This document shows positions 1 to 13,596 of a stretch of DNA of 64,000 bases, in pieces. The DNA lies in the NCBI GenBank assembly GCA_028534125.1, contig CM052816.1, positions 76,510,001-76,574,000 of the forward strand. The letters are read 5' to 3'. How positions within the stretch are numbered: the stretch's first letter is position 1; every line of letters starts with the position of its first letter. The notes below the pieces were generated by a model that saw only the letters and a program-made list of their open reading frames with translations, ran no database searches and was not told the DNA's origin. The DNA is from Lama glama. Lineage: Eukaryota. A program made the translations under genes and the position numbers.

Positions 1-739
1 TTTTCCCAAGGAGATTATAGCTGTGTGATTATTTGTATCTAGTACTTCTCTTTTACTAATTCATAGAGCATTTTATTCTTCTCATTTTTCAATCGTAAGT
101 GTTCTTTGTTCATCTTTATTGTCATAATTTCTTTTCCATTTCATGGCCAACTTAGCTTCTGTTTCAAGTGCACTTCTGTGGTTTCTCAGTGGTCTTTCTT
201 ATGGTTAGTTATCTGTGTACTTCTCCAACTTAGTCTTTTTACTAAGTATATAAATGTGAAGAGGCACATAGCATTATTTAAATAATATGTAAATAAGTCC
301 TTTAAAATCTATATAATTACTAAAAATATTGCATACCTTAATGTTTGTTTAATTTTACTTTTTAAAAGTGATAAATTAAATAAATGCTGAGAATTATATA
401 CAGTACCTACTTTTAACCTCTTAATATCAATATAGGTTCCCCCACTGTCTGAAAGCAGAGCATTCCTATGAAGCCTTTTGTAAGCCCGAATTGCATAAAG
501 CAAAGAAACCATAAAGCAGTTACCTTAGGACACATCTTGCTAACAGATCCACAAAATTCAGATCTGAAATAAATAGAGATAGAGTGCAGATGCTCAGAGA
601 CACAGTTCAAAGCTATGATAGCTTGATGCTTAGATACTGCATGTGGTTTCCAGGGAAGGACCTTGGCGGTGTCACTCACTGCTAGGGATTTGCGTCGCCT
701 CTAAAATGGCTTCTTGCAAAACAAATACTGAAGCTGTTT

Positions 740-1177
740 ATTTTTAATTTTTTAAATTAAGGTATAGGTGATGTACAATATTAAATGTTTCAGGTGTACA
801 ACATAGTGATTCACAATTTTTAAAGGTTGTACTCCACTTATAGTTATTATAAAACATCAGCTGTATTTCCTGTGCTGTATAATGTATCTTTGTAGCTTGT
901 TTATTTTATATATAGCAGTTTGTATGTCTTAATCCCCAACTCCTACTTTGCCCCTCCTCTCTTTCCTCTCCCCACTAGTAGTTGCTGGTTTATTCTCTGT
1001 ATCTGTTTTTTTTTTTGTTACATTGTCTAGTTTGTTTCATTTTTTAAATTGTATAAGATAATACAGTATGTGTCTTTCTCTGTCTGACTTACTTCACTAA
1101 GCATAACACCATCCAGTTCCATTTATGTTGTTGCAAATAAAAAAATTTCATTCTTTTTTATGGCTGATTAATATTTC

Positions 1178-1226
<49 letters not shown>

Positions 1227-1490
1227 ACGCATGCACACAGCCCACATCTTCTTTATCTATCCATCTGTGAATGGACATTTAAGTGGCTTCCAAATCTTGG
1301 CTATAATAAATAATGCTGTTATGAACGTTGGGGTGTATGTATCTTTTTGAATTAGTGTTTTCATTTTCTCCGGATATATACCCACGAGTGGAATTGCTGG
1401 ATCATGTGGTGGTTCTGTTTAGGTTTTTGAGGAACCCCCATGCTGTTTTCCACAGTGGCTGCACCAATTTACATTTCCACCAGCAGTGTT
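740..1490 (-). mobile_element. L1 LINE 3' end (laurasiatherian/cetartiodactyl type), 5'-truncated
   Basis: T-rich tail at ~740 followed by typical reverse-strand L1 3'UTR/ORF2-end text (tttcaggtgtacaacatagtgattca...ttccacagtggctgcaccaatttacatttccaccagcagtg); ORF 1328-1531 is antisense L1 sequence. Confidence 0.9.
1181..1237. repeat. Compound (TA)n(CA)n microsatellite inside L1
   Basis: atatatatat acacacac...acacgcacacgcacacgc directly visible. Confidence 0.95.
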
Positions 1491-2689
1491 TCACTTTCAT
1501 CTTTTTTTGGAAAAGCAAAAATCCTCTTTGAATCTCTTTCGGTTAAGGAAAACAGATACTAATGTAGTTAAGAAAAATTAAAACAAACTTTTGAAAAGTG
1601 AGGGATATCTGTTTATAGAATCATGCATGTTTTCCGCATGAGTATGAGACAGTCCAGTGCTGGCTGGGTGGGCTTGTCAATGCAAACCACACTTAGTTAA
1701 ACTTGGGGGTATTTTATAACACATTTAAGATGAAGTAGGTAACAAAATTGTATACGCTATTATTTTTGAATAATACTTTGAAGAAGTTTTCTTATGAGAG
1801 TGTATACGTAAGTTTTTAGGGCAGTGGGAACACTCTGAGTTTGAACAGAACAATAAAAATGTGTTTCAAGCAGCACAGATTGCTTTTGTCCTATGCCCTT
1901 CTTTGTTTCTAGTGTGTGGCAGAGTGCCTGCCCGCGGCTGTCCAGAAACTAATTGTTTAAAGAATATTGACTTTGTTTTAAAACAAAAATTTCTAACAGC
2001 GCAGTGTTTAAAATGTTGTTATTACTAAAGCGCCATTCTAGCCTTAAGTAAAACACATAGCCATTGTGAGGTGTGTGTGTGTTTGTGTATGTTTTTTAGT
2101 GTGTAGTGTCCACTGAAAAGTGAATTGCAATCTTATGAGGTCATTTAAAATCCCTTCCTTTCTGAATTTAGTTTTCGAACCTATTTAATCATGTTCTGAG
2201 TTAAGATTCTGACTCTGCCTTATTTGTAAGCATTCTTTCTGGCTCAGCCCCTACTGTGTACTCATCTTTTATAATTCTAAGTATTTATCTATTTCCCAAA
2301 TCTTCAATTCCATGTCAGACTAATGAAAACTGATCAGAAGACCCACCACATTTAAAAATAATGTCCTAAGTCTCTACTTTTTAATAAAGCACAAACTAAA
2401 TCAACTAAATAAAGAATACAAAGTGAAGGATAAATGTCAGTCCTTAGCAAAGGATATGGTTTCTCTCATTTCTGTGCCAACCATCATTAGGCTGGTAATG
2501 ACAAGAACAGCCTGACAGAAAGCAGAGAAATATCTTTGGCTAATGAGATAGCAGGCATTTGGGGCACGGTTGGGTGGCTCACTAACCTGACCAGCCCTTA
2601 TTTTTGGCTTGATACTTCATCCCAGAGTCCTTCTCTGCCTCTTCAATAGATTCCCCCTCCCTGCCACGTGTTCCTGTAACACTCTGTCC

Positions 2690-2870
2690 TTCACATTTTA
2701 TTATTTGCATCACATCTCTCTTACTTGTTTAATGTCGACCTCATCTGATTAAATTCCGTGAAGGCAAAGATTTTGCCTATCTTGTTCATTGCTGTTCACC
2801 CAGCACCTAGGATAATGCCTGGCCCTTTGTCAGCATTCAGTAACTATTTGCTGAATGGAGGAAGGAAGAA
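2690..2870 (+). mobile_element. L2 LINE 3' end fragment
   Basis: ccgtgaaggcaaagattttgcctatcttgttcattgctg...cctaggataatgcctggc...tatttgctgaatgga resembles the L2 3' terminus. Confidence 0.75.
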
Positions 2871-5834
2871 AGGAAAATACAAACTGCCTGGGAGATTCAT
2901 ATTATTGGAACCAATCAGCTTGCCATAGGGGTTGCCTATATAACTTGAATAGAGGAACCAGGAAAGCCGACATTTTTAATGTCTCTACCACTTCCTCCCC
3001 AGGATGCTTAAAATCCCAACATGAAAGCATCATTTCTACAATGCACCATTTGATCAAATGAAATTTGAAAACAAAGGACTTTGTTTTCATTCTCAAATAG
3101 TTTCTTATGAAAGAGTCCAACCATGGCAACCTATTCAGAACGCAAAGGGAAAGGTGGTGGAGAGGATCAGTATGGGAGTGCGGGGAGAAGGAGAGAAGGA
3201 GAGGTGAAAGGCAGTCTCGCTGGGAGCCTGTGGCTGGCTGTCCTGGTCAGGGTGCCCCCAGTGATCCTGCTACCCAGGGAAGTCCTGTGCTGGCTACAGC
3301 TTCGACTGACTTCAGTGAGAGACTTAAAAAATAGAGCAGTGGTGTCCAGGACAAAATGTGCCTCTTCACTACTTTTCCTCTGTCTACTCCAATTAATGTA
3401 CATGTACATCCTGTCATGCAGGGAACCACTTTTTCCCCACATCTAACTCATTTTTCCCTGATGCTACCCAGAAGAGTTACTTTGTGTACTAAAAATGATA
3501 AGAAAAACAGTTCAGTGGATAATTACCTCTTAAAAATTAGCATGTAGTGCATTTGCCTGGAAAGTACTTCGGCCCTCTTATCTGTTTTCATCAAGCAATA
3601 AGAGCTCAAAGTAAGTAGCATTCTGTTCCCTTTCAAATCTCAGTTATACACGTAATACAATGTGAAAAGGGGACATTCTTGACACTGGAATCATTTGGTT
3701 TTGATTTGGCACTGAGTGCATATTGAATGGTGTTTTTAAATGGGCTCTCTTAGTTACATGTCATTGAAGAGTACTTACATTCTTAGAAGGTGATCTGCTA
3801 GTAGGTGTGACATACAACAGAGAGGTGTACCTTAGTGGATTTGTTTTATATGTTATTATTTATGCCACAATATCTTCCAAGTTCCAAGAATCCATTGAGT
3901 CCAAAATGCATTATATAGATTTTTCAAGTGTGAAATGGCATGAGTCTTATCATTAAATATTATGAGATTATCATAGAAGTCAAACACTGTTAAAATTTTA
4001 AGTCTAAATGCTTAAGGAGGTGAACAGATGTAAACCAGGAAAAACCCATCCTAACAGAGTAGAGTGGTATTTGAGGCCATCTAAAAAGCTCATTTTTCTT
4101 CTCTTGTTATTGCGTAACAACAAACGTGTATGTCTGGCCTTCACAGCTTTTGAGTAAGGGATCTCTTCCTTTGGGGGAATTTTGTCATCACGGGTAGAAA
4201 CAAGCAGTGCAGCTGTGCCGCAGTTCAGCACACCCGTTAGAAACCTCATCTAGGCTGAGGAGAAAGCAGATAGTTAGTGACTTAATGCATCAGGTAAACC
4301 ATGGCCCTTGCGTAGTTTGAAGGTGCTAAACAGACGGAGAGTAAAGTAGAAGAGAGGACAAGAGACTGGGAATCAGAAGGCTGTCTCATTGGATCCTGAG
4401 ACTCAGTTTTTCTCATTGTTTAATCAAAGTTTGTAAGGGGATCTGTAGCTTCTCATCCAAGTCTATTGATCTTATATTCCAAGTCATTATCAAAGCATTA
4501 TCGACTCCATTTGGGGCAACAGAGGCTATAGGAAAGAGACAAGAGTAAGGAAACAGCTGTTTTTATTAGTTTAAAGCCACAGTTTTAGATGCCCTCAGCA
4601 ATTTCCCTTTGTGACTAGCAGAGATGCTGCAAGGTCCATTGGCACCCCCAACAAACTTCAGTTTTGCATAGGCGTTTTAATTACATAATTCACATTAAAG
4701 CTCTGTTTATATCCCAAGGATGCCACGAACTCTGTCTAGTTTATATATTTACAACTGGCACTCAAGTCATAAAATGTAGCTTGGCTTGTAAAATATTCTG
4801 GCCTCAGCACTTCAAGAATTGACCATTTTGTCATAGCTCCAGAGGCAGGTTGTGTTGTGTAGATAATATGTTTATTTTCTTGATTAACTAAGCCCTTATT
4901 TCCCAATGACAAAGTTAGATAAATAAAACATGAAATAAATCTTTACAACTAGATCATGTAAGGAAACTTGGGAGACTGGAGGTAAATCCAATTTGAATCT
5001 TATATACAGATACGTAGACAATTTATAGCACTAATTAAAACAATCGACACCTTCCCGGCACTGTCATGTGCCATCAATCTTACATTAGAACCGTTGCTCA
5101 GTGAACTGATACAAATATGCTGGAACACCAGTGAGGTATGTCTGCGTTCATCCTTTGAGAAATTGGAGTTTAAAATGAGAAAATAACACAAATCAGAAAG
5201 GAAAATTAAAAACAATTAATAAAGGGCCAAAAGCAAATTAAAGAAATTACCTTGATTTGTATTTAGAAATTTAAAAGAAAAGCTTCGGGGGCATTCCTTT
5301 TTTTTTTTTTAACCTCATTAATTTTATTCTTTACCACATGAAATGAGTAAGGTATATGTGTTCTTATTCTTATTGTCACTGACGGTCAAAGGTAGGTAAG
5401 GTAGTAAGAGGCCAAGCTAGGGTTGAATTCAATTCTCTTAGCATGCCCCTTGGTTTCAGAGTTTGTCATCATTACAGTGAATGCACTCCCGTATTAATAT
5501 CAATGAGATGTGAAAAGTAGTCATACCACAAATTTAATTCAGCTACTTCAAGAAACTATATCAACTGTGCGGGGAAACCAAGTTAGGGTAGTAATCAAAT
5601 AAGTAATACAGATCACTTTCTTCTTATAATTCAGCAATAAAGTCAAATTTTCTTTCCAAAATTCTTTGCTGTGATGGTTAGGAAGCTGTAGTTCCACTGA
5701 AGACAGTAATTAGCTGTCTTCTCTTTCTGATCAGCGATCTAATGTACAGGGTGTTTGCTAAATAAATTCAAGAGGGCCGAGACCACACACAAGCAGCCAT
5801 GCCCTACCCACCCTGTAGCCCGTGAACCTGGCCA

Positions 5835-5975
5835 CAGCTCTGGTTCAGCCATTCAGTAGGCTGCAATCATAGACAGGTTATTTCCCTCATTAACCTCAGT
5901 TTCCTCCTTTTTAAAATAAAGATGGTTAATAATCTATCTTAAAAAATTATCGTTAAAATGAGGATGTGAAACACT
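5835..5975 (+). mobile_element. MIR SINE fragment
   Basis: MIR core-like aacctcagtttcctcctttttaaaataaagatggttaataa. Confidence 0.6.
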
Positions 5976-7664
5976 GATTTTAAATTCTCTTGCTCATTTG
6001 AATTTGATAGACATGTATTTCCCCCTAGCTTATGACCACCAAAAGCCAAACCAGCAGCATAACCTAAAACAAAAACACCCCTTTTGTTTAAAATATTCCA
6101 CAGCCCTCCCCTACTTCCACCCTCCCCACCGCCCACCCCCCCCCCCAACAAGCTCAGGGGAATCATAGGGAATGAGAATAAGGAGTAAAACCATCAGACC
6201 ATCGTTTATGTGCAGTCATTTTCCTTACAGCAGTTTAACTAAACAAGGACTCTCATTTGCAATATTCTGAGGAGGGATAACTAGGGGTTCGAGAAGAGGT
6301 AAGAGAGCAAAACACACACAGAAAGGAAGGGAATGAGACATGTCAGAGAGCCTGGGAACCCAGGCTGCATAGAAGTAATTTGAGAACGTGCAGTCAATCC
6401 ATGTATGTAGCAGGGGACTTATGCAGTATAAACTTCCAAAGCAAAAACTTGATCTTATGATATTCAGTCATACTTCTTTAAAGTATTCAGTATTCAATAA
6501 ATAATTTGCAAAGTAAAAATACTATTATATAAACTTGACTCATTATTCAATATGCCAAGGTAAGAGAGAGAGAAATCTAAATCTATCTGTCTGTCTACCT
6601 ACCCACCCATATCTTTCTGTAAAGAGAAGCTTAAATATCATCAGCTCAAGTCTCTTAATAGTAAGAAAGAGAAAATCTGAGCTGAGGTTGTTTAATTATG
6701 GTTTCCTAGTTCCCAGAGCTAGTGAGAGGCAAGGAGGAAAGAAGCACTCAGGTTTCCTGATTCCCAGGTGGACAGGACCACACACAGGCAGCCACGCCCT
6801 GCGTTTAGTCGCTTATAGTAGGCAGTTTGGTCTACTCTCTTCGAAAGTATTGATCCGTGGTCGAGTCCATCAGGCAGGTCTCCTTTTCAGCTGGTTCCTT
6901 CCCCATTTTTAAAGCCTGATCATTCAGAATTTTCCCTCATGTCCAGTTTCCTAAGCTCTCTTTAAGATTCTTTAAGAAGATAATTTGCTTAACTTCTAAC
7001 AACTAGAATCTAGCAAAAATGAGTCATCAGGTGAGGCTGAAAAGCAAGACAGGAACTTGTTTAGGTCCTAAAGCACTAATTTTCTGAGAAGGGCAGTGGA
7101 GATGGAAAGAGAGTGCCACACACTGGAAAAAATGAATATTGTCTCCTCAGATGCTTCTAAAATGGTATTTAAAGGAAAGTTCTCAAACTGAGAACTCTCA
7201 AATTTGATTCTCCCTCTTTGTTTTATTGTCATATATTTTGCTAACATCAAGTACAGAGAATTGATTTTGGATTAGTCATAATCCCAGTTCATGAGTTAGT
7301 CATCATTGCTGGATTTAGGGGAAGGTCAGCTTGTAGTTAGTGAGTTCTTGAATTGATGCTTTATAGTAATGTAATAAGCCTGATGGACCCACCACCCCAA
7401 ACAAAGTTGAGGTGCTTGACAATGGCCTCCATGTAGCCATGCACCCCACCCCACCTCCTGGCCTGCCCCCACCCAGAATGACCAGGCCCATGCAGGTCTG
7501 GACCAGATTTGAGGCATGGCTGTCATAGGCAATAGCAATTCGGATTTTATGTAATACTGAACTAACAATTATTTTTCTAACTGTCATTACTGACCAGTCC
7601 CACAATTTGCATATGATTAATTTAAACAAATTCCAGATTTCAAATCAGAGAAGCAGTTGGGTAC

Positions 7665-7900
7665 TTTGGTTAAGGGCTTGAATTCTCGAGTAAGACTGAC
7701 TGGTTTAAATTCAAGAGCCACTACTTACGACCACCACTTACTTTTACCCTGGGCAAGTTGGCATAAGTTCCTGAAGCTTCAGTTTCCTCATTACACAGGA
7801 TAATAGCTAATACTGTGAGAATGTGATGACATAATCGTGAAAACCGTTTAATGTAGTGCCTGGCACAGAGACAATCCTCAATACATGCAAGCTAATATTG
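7665..7900 (+). mobile_element. MIR SINE
   Basis: ggttaagggc...ccctgggcaagtt...cttcagtttcctcat...gtagtgcctggcacag...ctcaatacatg, near full-length MIR layout. Confidence 0.85.
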
Positions 7901-8974
7901 TTCCTATGTACTATTCTCTGGGCAGCATTTTTAAGTATTATGTTAAAAATGTATAGTTATAACATCATAAAACAAATTTCATGTCATTGTGGACCTCTAA
8001 TTCCAAGGAGATGATTACTATTACTACATGACATGTGATACTAATGATATAATACATTTTTTGAAACTACATGATTTTTAGAACATCTTTACCTCATCCT
8101 ATACATAAGAGTTCTATGAGGTATTATTATTTCAAATGTATACAATTGAGATTCAATGCAATTAAGTAATTGGTTAAAAAAATGCATGACACTCATATGC
8201 CTGAAATAATCTGACATTCAATAAACTATGTTTGTCTTCAAACTCTCCATTCTGCTCTGAGAACATGGGCAATGCTTTAGGGAGTCTCTCCTTTATGCTA
8301 CCTGGTCATATTTTAACTGGGACAGGGTAGATGCCTCTCTCCCCACCAAGGAAATTTATCACTTAGCTTCCTAGTATGAGCCACTCCTTTTGAAAAATCA
8401 TAAACCAAAACCTAATTTATTTTTATTACTACTACCATTTATTGTGTCCTACATTAGAGAAAACATTTTCATTTCCTTGGAACCTGACACACGTCCTCTG
8501 CCACTCCTCCCGCATCACCCAACAAGCCTTCCAAAGTGTTTGAAGGACATTTATATTCAGAAACAGTCTTGTAAACCTGGCTGAGCTAGAAGTAACTGGT
8601 CTAAACCAGCCTGCACTTCTTGGCACGTTTTAATTTCTAGGTTAATAAAGCCCCTTGTCTACTCAGAGTTGTGAGTTTCATTATTTTACTTATATTACTT
8701 TATTTTTAAACTGAATTAACATGAGAAATGAGAATTGTGGGGGAAAATGAAGTCAAAGGGATGGCTGGAGAAGAATGATCAGTGAAAGAGGCTAAGAAAT
8801 CCTGGGTGACGATTAGGAAGAGGTGTTTCAGGGGCTCTATATGTATATAAATGTAGTATTTATATGCTTACATGAAAACTGCAGTGAGTTAGATAGCAAA
8901 GTGAAGTAACTAAAACAAAACCCATGATATGGAAACCAAAATAAATTAAGAAAAAGTACATAATTAATTTAATA

Positions 8975-9190
8975 GATAAACAAATACTTAGTAATCCTTG
9001 CGTAAAGGAGAAAGAAAGAAAGCAAATCAGAAAATACAGCTGAATGACAATGAAAAGACAATTTCAAAATTTCTGAATTGCAGCTAAGCAGCACTTTGAC
9101 GCAGCAAATGGCTATCATCATTATCAGAAAACAGTAAAGACTGAAAACATAGGTATCAAAAATTCAAATCAAGAAAAGAGGAAAAAGAGC
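8975..9190 (+). mobile_element. Old L1 ORF2 fragment
   Basis: gaaaatacagctgaatgacaatgaaaagaca...tgcagctaagcagcacttt resembles L1 ORF2 downstream of the endonuclease domain. Confidence 0.55.
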
Positions 9191-9724
9191 ATCTTCCTCG
9201 CCAGACAATTTTAAAAGGAAAGAATCTAGAAAATTTATTTGTACTTTTACCATTTTATTGCAACTGAAGCACACTAACTCCTCAGTAAGTATTTGCTGGT
9301 TGAATGAAGGAAGAGCAGTCTGTGATATGGATGGGAGTGGAAAGCAGGATGCTGGCCCACAGGATGCTAATGGTCCCCACTCTATGTTCTTACTGGACCA
9401 AAGCAGCAAGAAATTGAGAGCTTCTTCAGGAAGACAATGCCAACATTCACACGTCAAAAATTGAGGTTTATTAGAACTAGGAAAACCAATAGATTTGGCA
9501 AACTGAATCAGTGGAAGGGCTGAGCTTGACCTCTTCCTTTGAATCTCTACAGCTGTGAATGCCAGCACAGGGAGGATACAAAGGCCTTACCCCACATTCT
9601 AATCCAAATCCAACCTGGCCCTGTGGGTATCATGAAATAAGTTCACATAACTGAGACCCGTGCCAGGATGGACCCCAGGCCCCTCTCTCTGCTGCCTCCA
9701 CCCCCAGTCAAAGGATGGATTTTT

Positions 9725-9874
9725 GAAAAGTCCCCTTATCTACGAGTGACTTAGAAATCTACCAGAAATCCCAGAACTGTCCGAGTCAGAACAGATGTAG
9801 GGACTTTCCTGAGTCTAAATGAGTGCAAAGTTCTTAAGTAGAGCCCAAACCGACTGTTTTCTGAGGGAAAGTCG
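9725..9874. promoter_or_regulatory. Cluster of NF-kB-like motifs (candidate enhancer)
   Basis: Perfect GGGACTTTCC at 9800-9809; near-consensus sites at 9725-9735 (rc GGGGACTTTTC), ~9764-9772 (rc GGGATTTCT) and 9865-9874 (GGGAAAGTCG). Confidence 0.35.
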
Positions 9875-9894
9875 ATGTTTTGCCTAGACTTCCA

Positions 9895-10330
9895 TTCTAA
9901 AGCAAGAAAATCTAAAATAATGGCATTTTTTTAACAACTAGAAGTTGATTTCTTTCTCACTTCAGAGAAGCTCTGAACTTCACAAAATCAGAGATTCAGA
10001 TTCCTTCTATCTTGCAATTTGATCATTTTCAGTGTGTGGCTTTCTCCTCACAGTCCAGTATAGCTGCTGAAACTTCAGCCATCCTGTCTGTATTTTAGCT
10101 GATAGGAAGAAGGAAATAAGAAGAACACATTATCTCCCTTCCAGAACATTTCCCTAAAGTCGTACACAACCCTCTGTTTATATCCCATTAGCCAAACCTT
10201 AGTCATAAAGCCGGATAACACAGCAACAGCTGGGAAAAAGTTAGAAAATAAAAATTTAACTCGGGTCGCCATGATCGCAGCTACAAATGAGACGTTCTGG
10301 TGAAAATGAAAGGTAAAAAAAAAAAGGTAG
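9895..10330 (-). mobile_element. Old MaLR LTR (MLT1-type) fragment
   Basis: aaataatggc...aacaactagaagttgatttctttctcac...cagattccttctatctt...cattagccaaaccttagtcat resembles reverse-strand old MLT1. Confidence 0.6.
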
Positions 10331-10758
10331 ATATTCAGTCCAAACTAGGAGCTTCTGTCATAGAGAGCAAAAACCATCGTCTGGAACTCTCTGTCCACAG
10401 TACTGAGTCTTCTAACGGCCCAGTTAAGAATCTCAAAAGGAGAGCTGAGCTTGGTGCCCGGCAGCATACTCTTTGGGTAAAGCTGCTACGACTCATTTTA
10501 CATCCAACTACTGTCCTGAGTGCTGGCTATTCTGAAGCAAGGCTTGACTTTATGAGAGTGAATAGGACAACATGAGGACATCAATTATTGAAAATCTTTT
10601 CTTAAAACTAAATTTATCTGATGTCATTTTATTATCACTACACCTGGAACAGGAAACTGAGGCACAAACCTTTAATAAACATAAACACTCTCTCCTGCTT
10701 ATCTTTCCTTCCGTCTCTGTATTCCTTCCCTTGATGAGTTTCAGGAAATCACCAAATA

Positions 10759-10978
10759 CAGGCATCAGTGAACTGTTATCTGCTGGCCAAATGTGGCCCA
10801 GTGCTTGTGTTTATAAATAAAGTTTTATTAGAACACAGACAAATTCACTCATTTACATGTCATTTATGGCTGCTTTCATGCTGTAATGGCAAAATTGAGT
10901 AGTTGTGACAGAGACTGGCTGACAAAGTCTAAAATACTTTCTACATGGTCCTTTACAGAGAAAGTTCACCAACCCCTG
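10759..10978 (+). mobile_element. MER58A-like non-autonomous hAT-Charlie DNA transposon
   Basis: CAGG...CCCCTG termini; internal aataaagttttattagaacacag...catttacatgtcatttatggctgctttcatgc...gagtagttgtgacagagac. Confidence 0.9.
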
Positions 10979-13251
10979 ACCTAGAATCCTGGAGCTGAAC
11001 ACACTTTAGAGATGACCCAGTGCATGAGTTCCCATCTTTGACCTTTTGGTCAGAATAGCTGCTCAGCATTAGACAACGTGTGGGGCTACATTAAGCTGCT
11101 ATCCTTGCTGTAAAAAGTAAAGGAACAGTTTTATTCAGACTTGTGCTCTAATTGAGAAGGACATAATTGATTTCAATTAAGCTTCCTTTAAAATGCAATA
11201 AAGTTTTCAGATTCCTCTGACATCCTAAAGGACCCAGAGGTGTTTTGGGACCCCAGCTTGAGAATTAGAATAGGTGAGGAAACCAGCCGAGAGAGGTTCC
11301 TGCTTAGCGTCACCAAGTAACAGTCAACAGTGAGTAGGACCCAGGGATTCAGACTCACTGTCCAATTAATGCCTTGCCAACTGCACGAATGAATGAGAAA
11401 CCAGAAAATAATAGTGGGCCTCCTACAGCCCTACTAAATATACACCAGTAAGCGATATAGATTCCGAGAGAGCTGGGGCCCTCATGGAAAGATCAGGCTG
11501 GGCCTGAATGTTGGAAACCAATAAATCTCTTGGACGGGAATTTTCAAAAAAAAAAGAAAGAAAGAAAAATATAATATTTTAAAATGTTAATGGATATTCA
11601 GTCTGTTTTAACACCTAACTTTCTAAGGCACAACCAATTTACCACACCCTTAATCATTACCAGAGAATGAAACAGCTGTGGAGTCCACTGCAGTCTCTGA
11701 GGGAATTCAGGCACTTCTTTGAGATCGTTTCTTCTCCACGTCAACATCATGTTTTCTTTCTAACTTTACCCATTTGGCAAGAAGGGCCTTCTTGTCACTG
11801 TGGTCCCTTTCCCCCACAGCATGAAAGTTTGCAGAATAGTTTGTTCAAGTTACCAGGAGTGATTTCAGAACTCTTTGCTCCACATCTATTAACAACTTTG
11901 GAAATGCTTTGCCTTGAAACAGGATTAAGACTTACACAAGTTGGACTGGGAAAAGGCCACACAAATTCCTTGGCAAAGAAGTCTCAGAATCAAACTGTTC
12001 TATTTCTCATTTTAAGTGGAGTTGCTATTGTTATTTTGTGGTTCATCTGTTTCATTCAGAAATAACTTAAAGTGTCAGCAAGGTGACAACGAACATTATT
12101 GACGTATCTTTTATCCATCTATGTATTGAAGGAAGTCTTGTTTTAATTTACTGAAGATGCCAATAGGAAATAAAAAGCAACAAAAAAAAAAGGCAAAGCC
12201 CCATCTAGATGATCTGAAAATCATAACCCTAACAAACCCTTGCTATCACTTAGTCCAGCCTTTTAGAGAAGATACCCAACCGTAGTCAAGGGCTTGTCCA
12301 GGTCATGGAAGGAAGAGCTCTAAAGAGGAAGCAAAGAGCTGGCTATCGGTAACTCTAGGTCTATGGAAATGTGACTGCTGCTTTCCCTCTCTATCAAATG
12401 ACAACAAGAGCACCTCGGAGAACATTCCCATCTGTGCAGCTGCATGACTCAATGACTTTGGTGGGACCCCAGGACACTCTCGGACCCTAAGTCTCCTGAT
12501 TCCCAGGGCAGTGATATTTCTGCTAAATCATAGTGCTCTCTTCTTAGATTTAATAAAAGTAATCAAACTGAGTTGACAGATGTCTCCATAATCCATCTAC
12601 ATGTCTTCTTTGAAAGTACCATGGTATAATTATATAATATTTATAATTTTTAATAAATTGTATGGCTAATACCTCAGTTTGCTTCATTCATTCATTAAAC
12701 ATTAGGCTAATTGTTTTCAAGTAACTATCAGTGAGTGCCTAGCATTGTCAAAAAAATTTCTAGGGAAAAACTCTTGAAAATGGTAAGTTCTTTGCCCTCA
12801 AGGAATCTGTAATCAGTATATGAATGGGTAGATATTATTCTCTCCTTCTGATAGATGAAGTAACAGAAACACAGGGAGGTTAAATGATTTACTATGGCCA
12901 CACAAGGAGGATAAGGCAAATGTTAAGCCAGAACTCAGAGTTCCTGGTTACAATTCACAGTTTCTCATCACCAAATGAAATTGGGCTTGCCTAATACATT
13001 TTTGCCATAGCTCTCCTCCATCCATTACCATATGTAATGCAAAATAAAAATCATATTTAACTCTAAAACAAAATTTTCACAAATACTGAAGTTAAAACTG
13101 CTTCAAAACAGTACAATTCTGAGCTCAGGTTGGAACAGAACTGAAACAAAAAATAGTGATGTGAAAAAAAACACGTCATCATAACTAAATCATAACTAAA
13201 TTCTTTAACTAATATTTGTTTGTGCCCTTGGGATTAAAAAAGAAGAACATT

Positions 13252-13596
13252 GTGGGCGGGAATAGGGGGAATTGGATGAAGGTAATCAAAAGGTACCAAC
13301 TTCCAGTTAGAAGGTAAATAAGGGCGAGGAATGCAATATACAACATGCTAAATACAACTAACACTGCTGTATATTATATATGAAAGTTGTTAAAAGAGTA
13401 ATTCCTAAGAGTTCTCACCATAAGAAAAAACATTTTTTTCTTTTACTTCGTATCTATATGAGATGATGGATGTTCACTAAACTTATTGTGGTCATCATTT
13501 TATAATGCGTATAAGACAAAGTACTATCCTGTACATCTTAAACTTGTACAACGTTGTGCATCCATTATGTGTCAGTAAAACTTGTAGGAAAAAAAT
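13252..13596 (+). mobile_element. L1 3' end (L1MA9/10-like), short 5'-truncated copy
   Basis: aaaaggtaccaacttccagtt...agagttctcacc...gatgatggatgttcactaaacttattgtgg...A-tail; degenerate aaaa..gaac flanks. Confidence 0.85.

Noticed and set aside
3107..3547. Overlapping ORFs on both strands in a GC-richer patch
   Set aside because: No recognisable protein similarity or splice structure; overlap is expected where stop codons are locally scarce.
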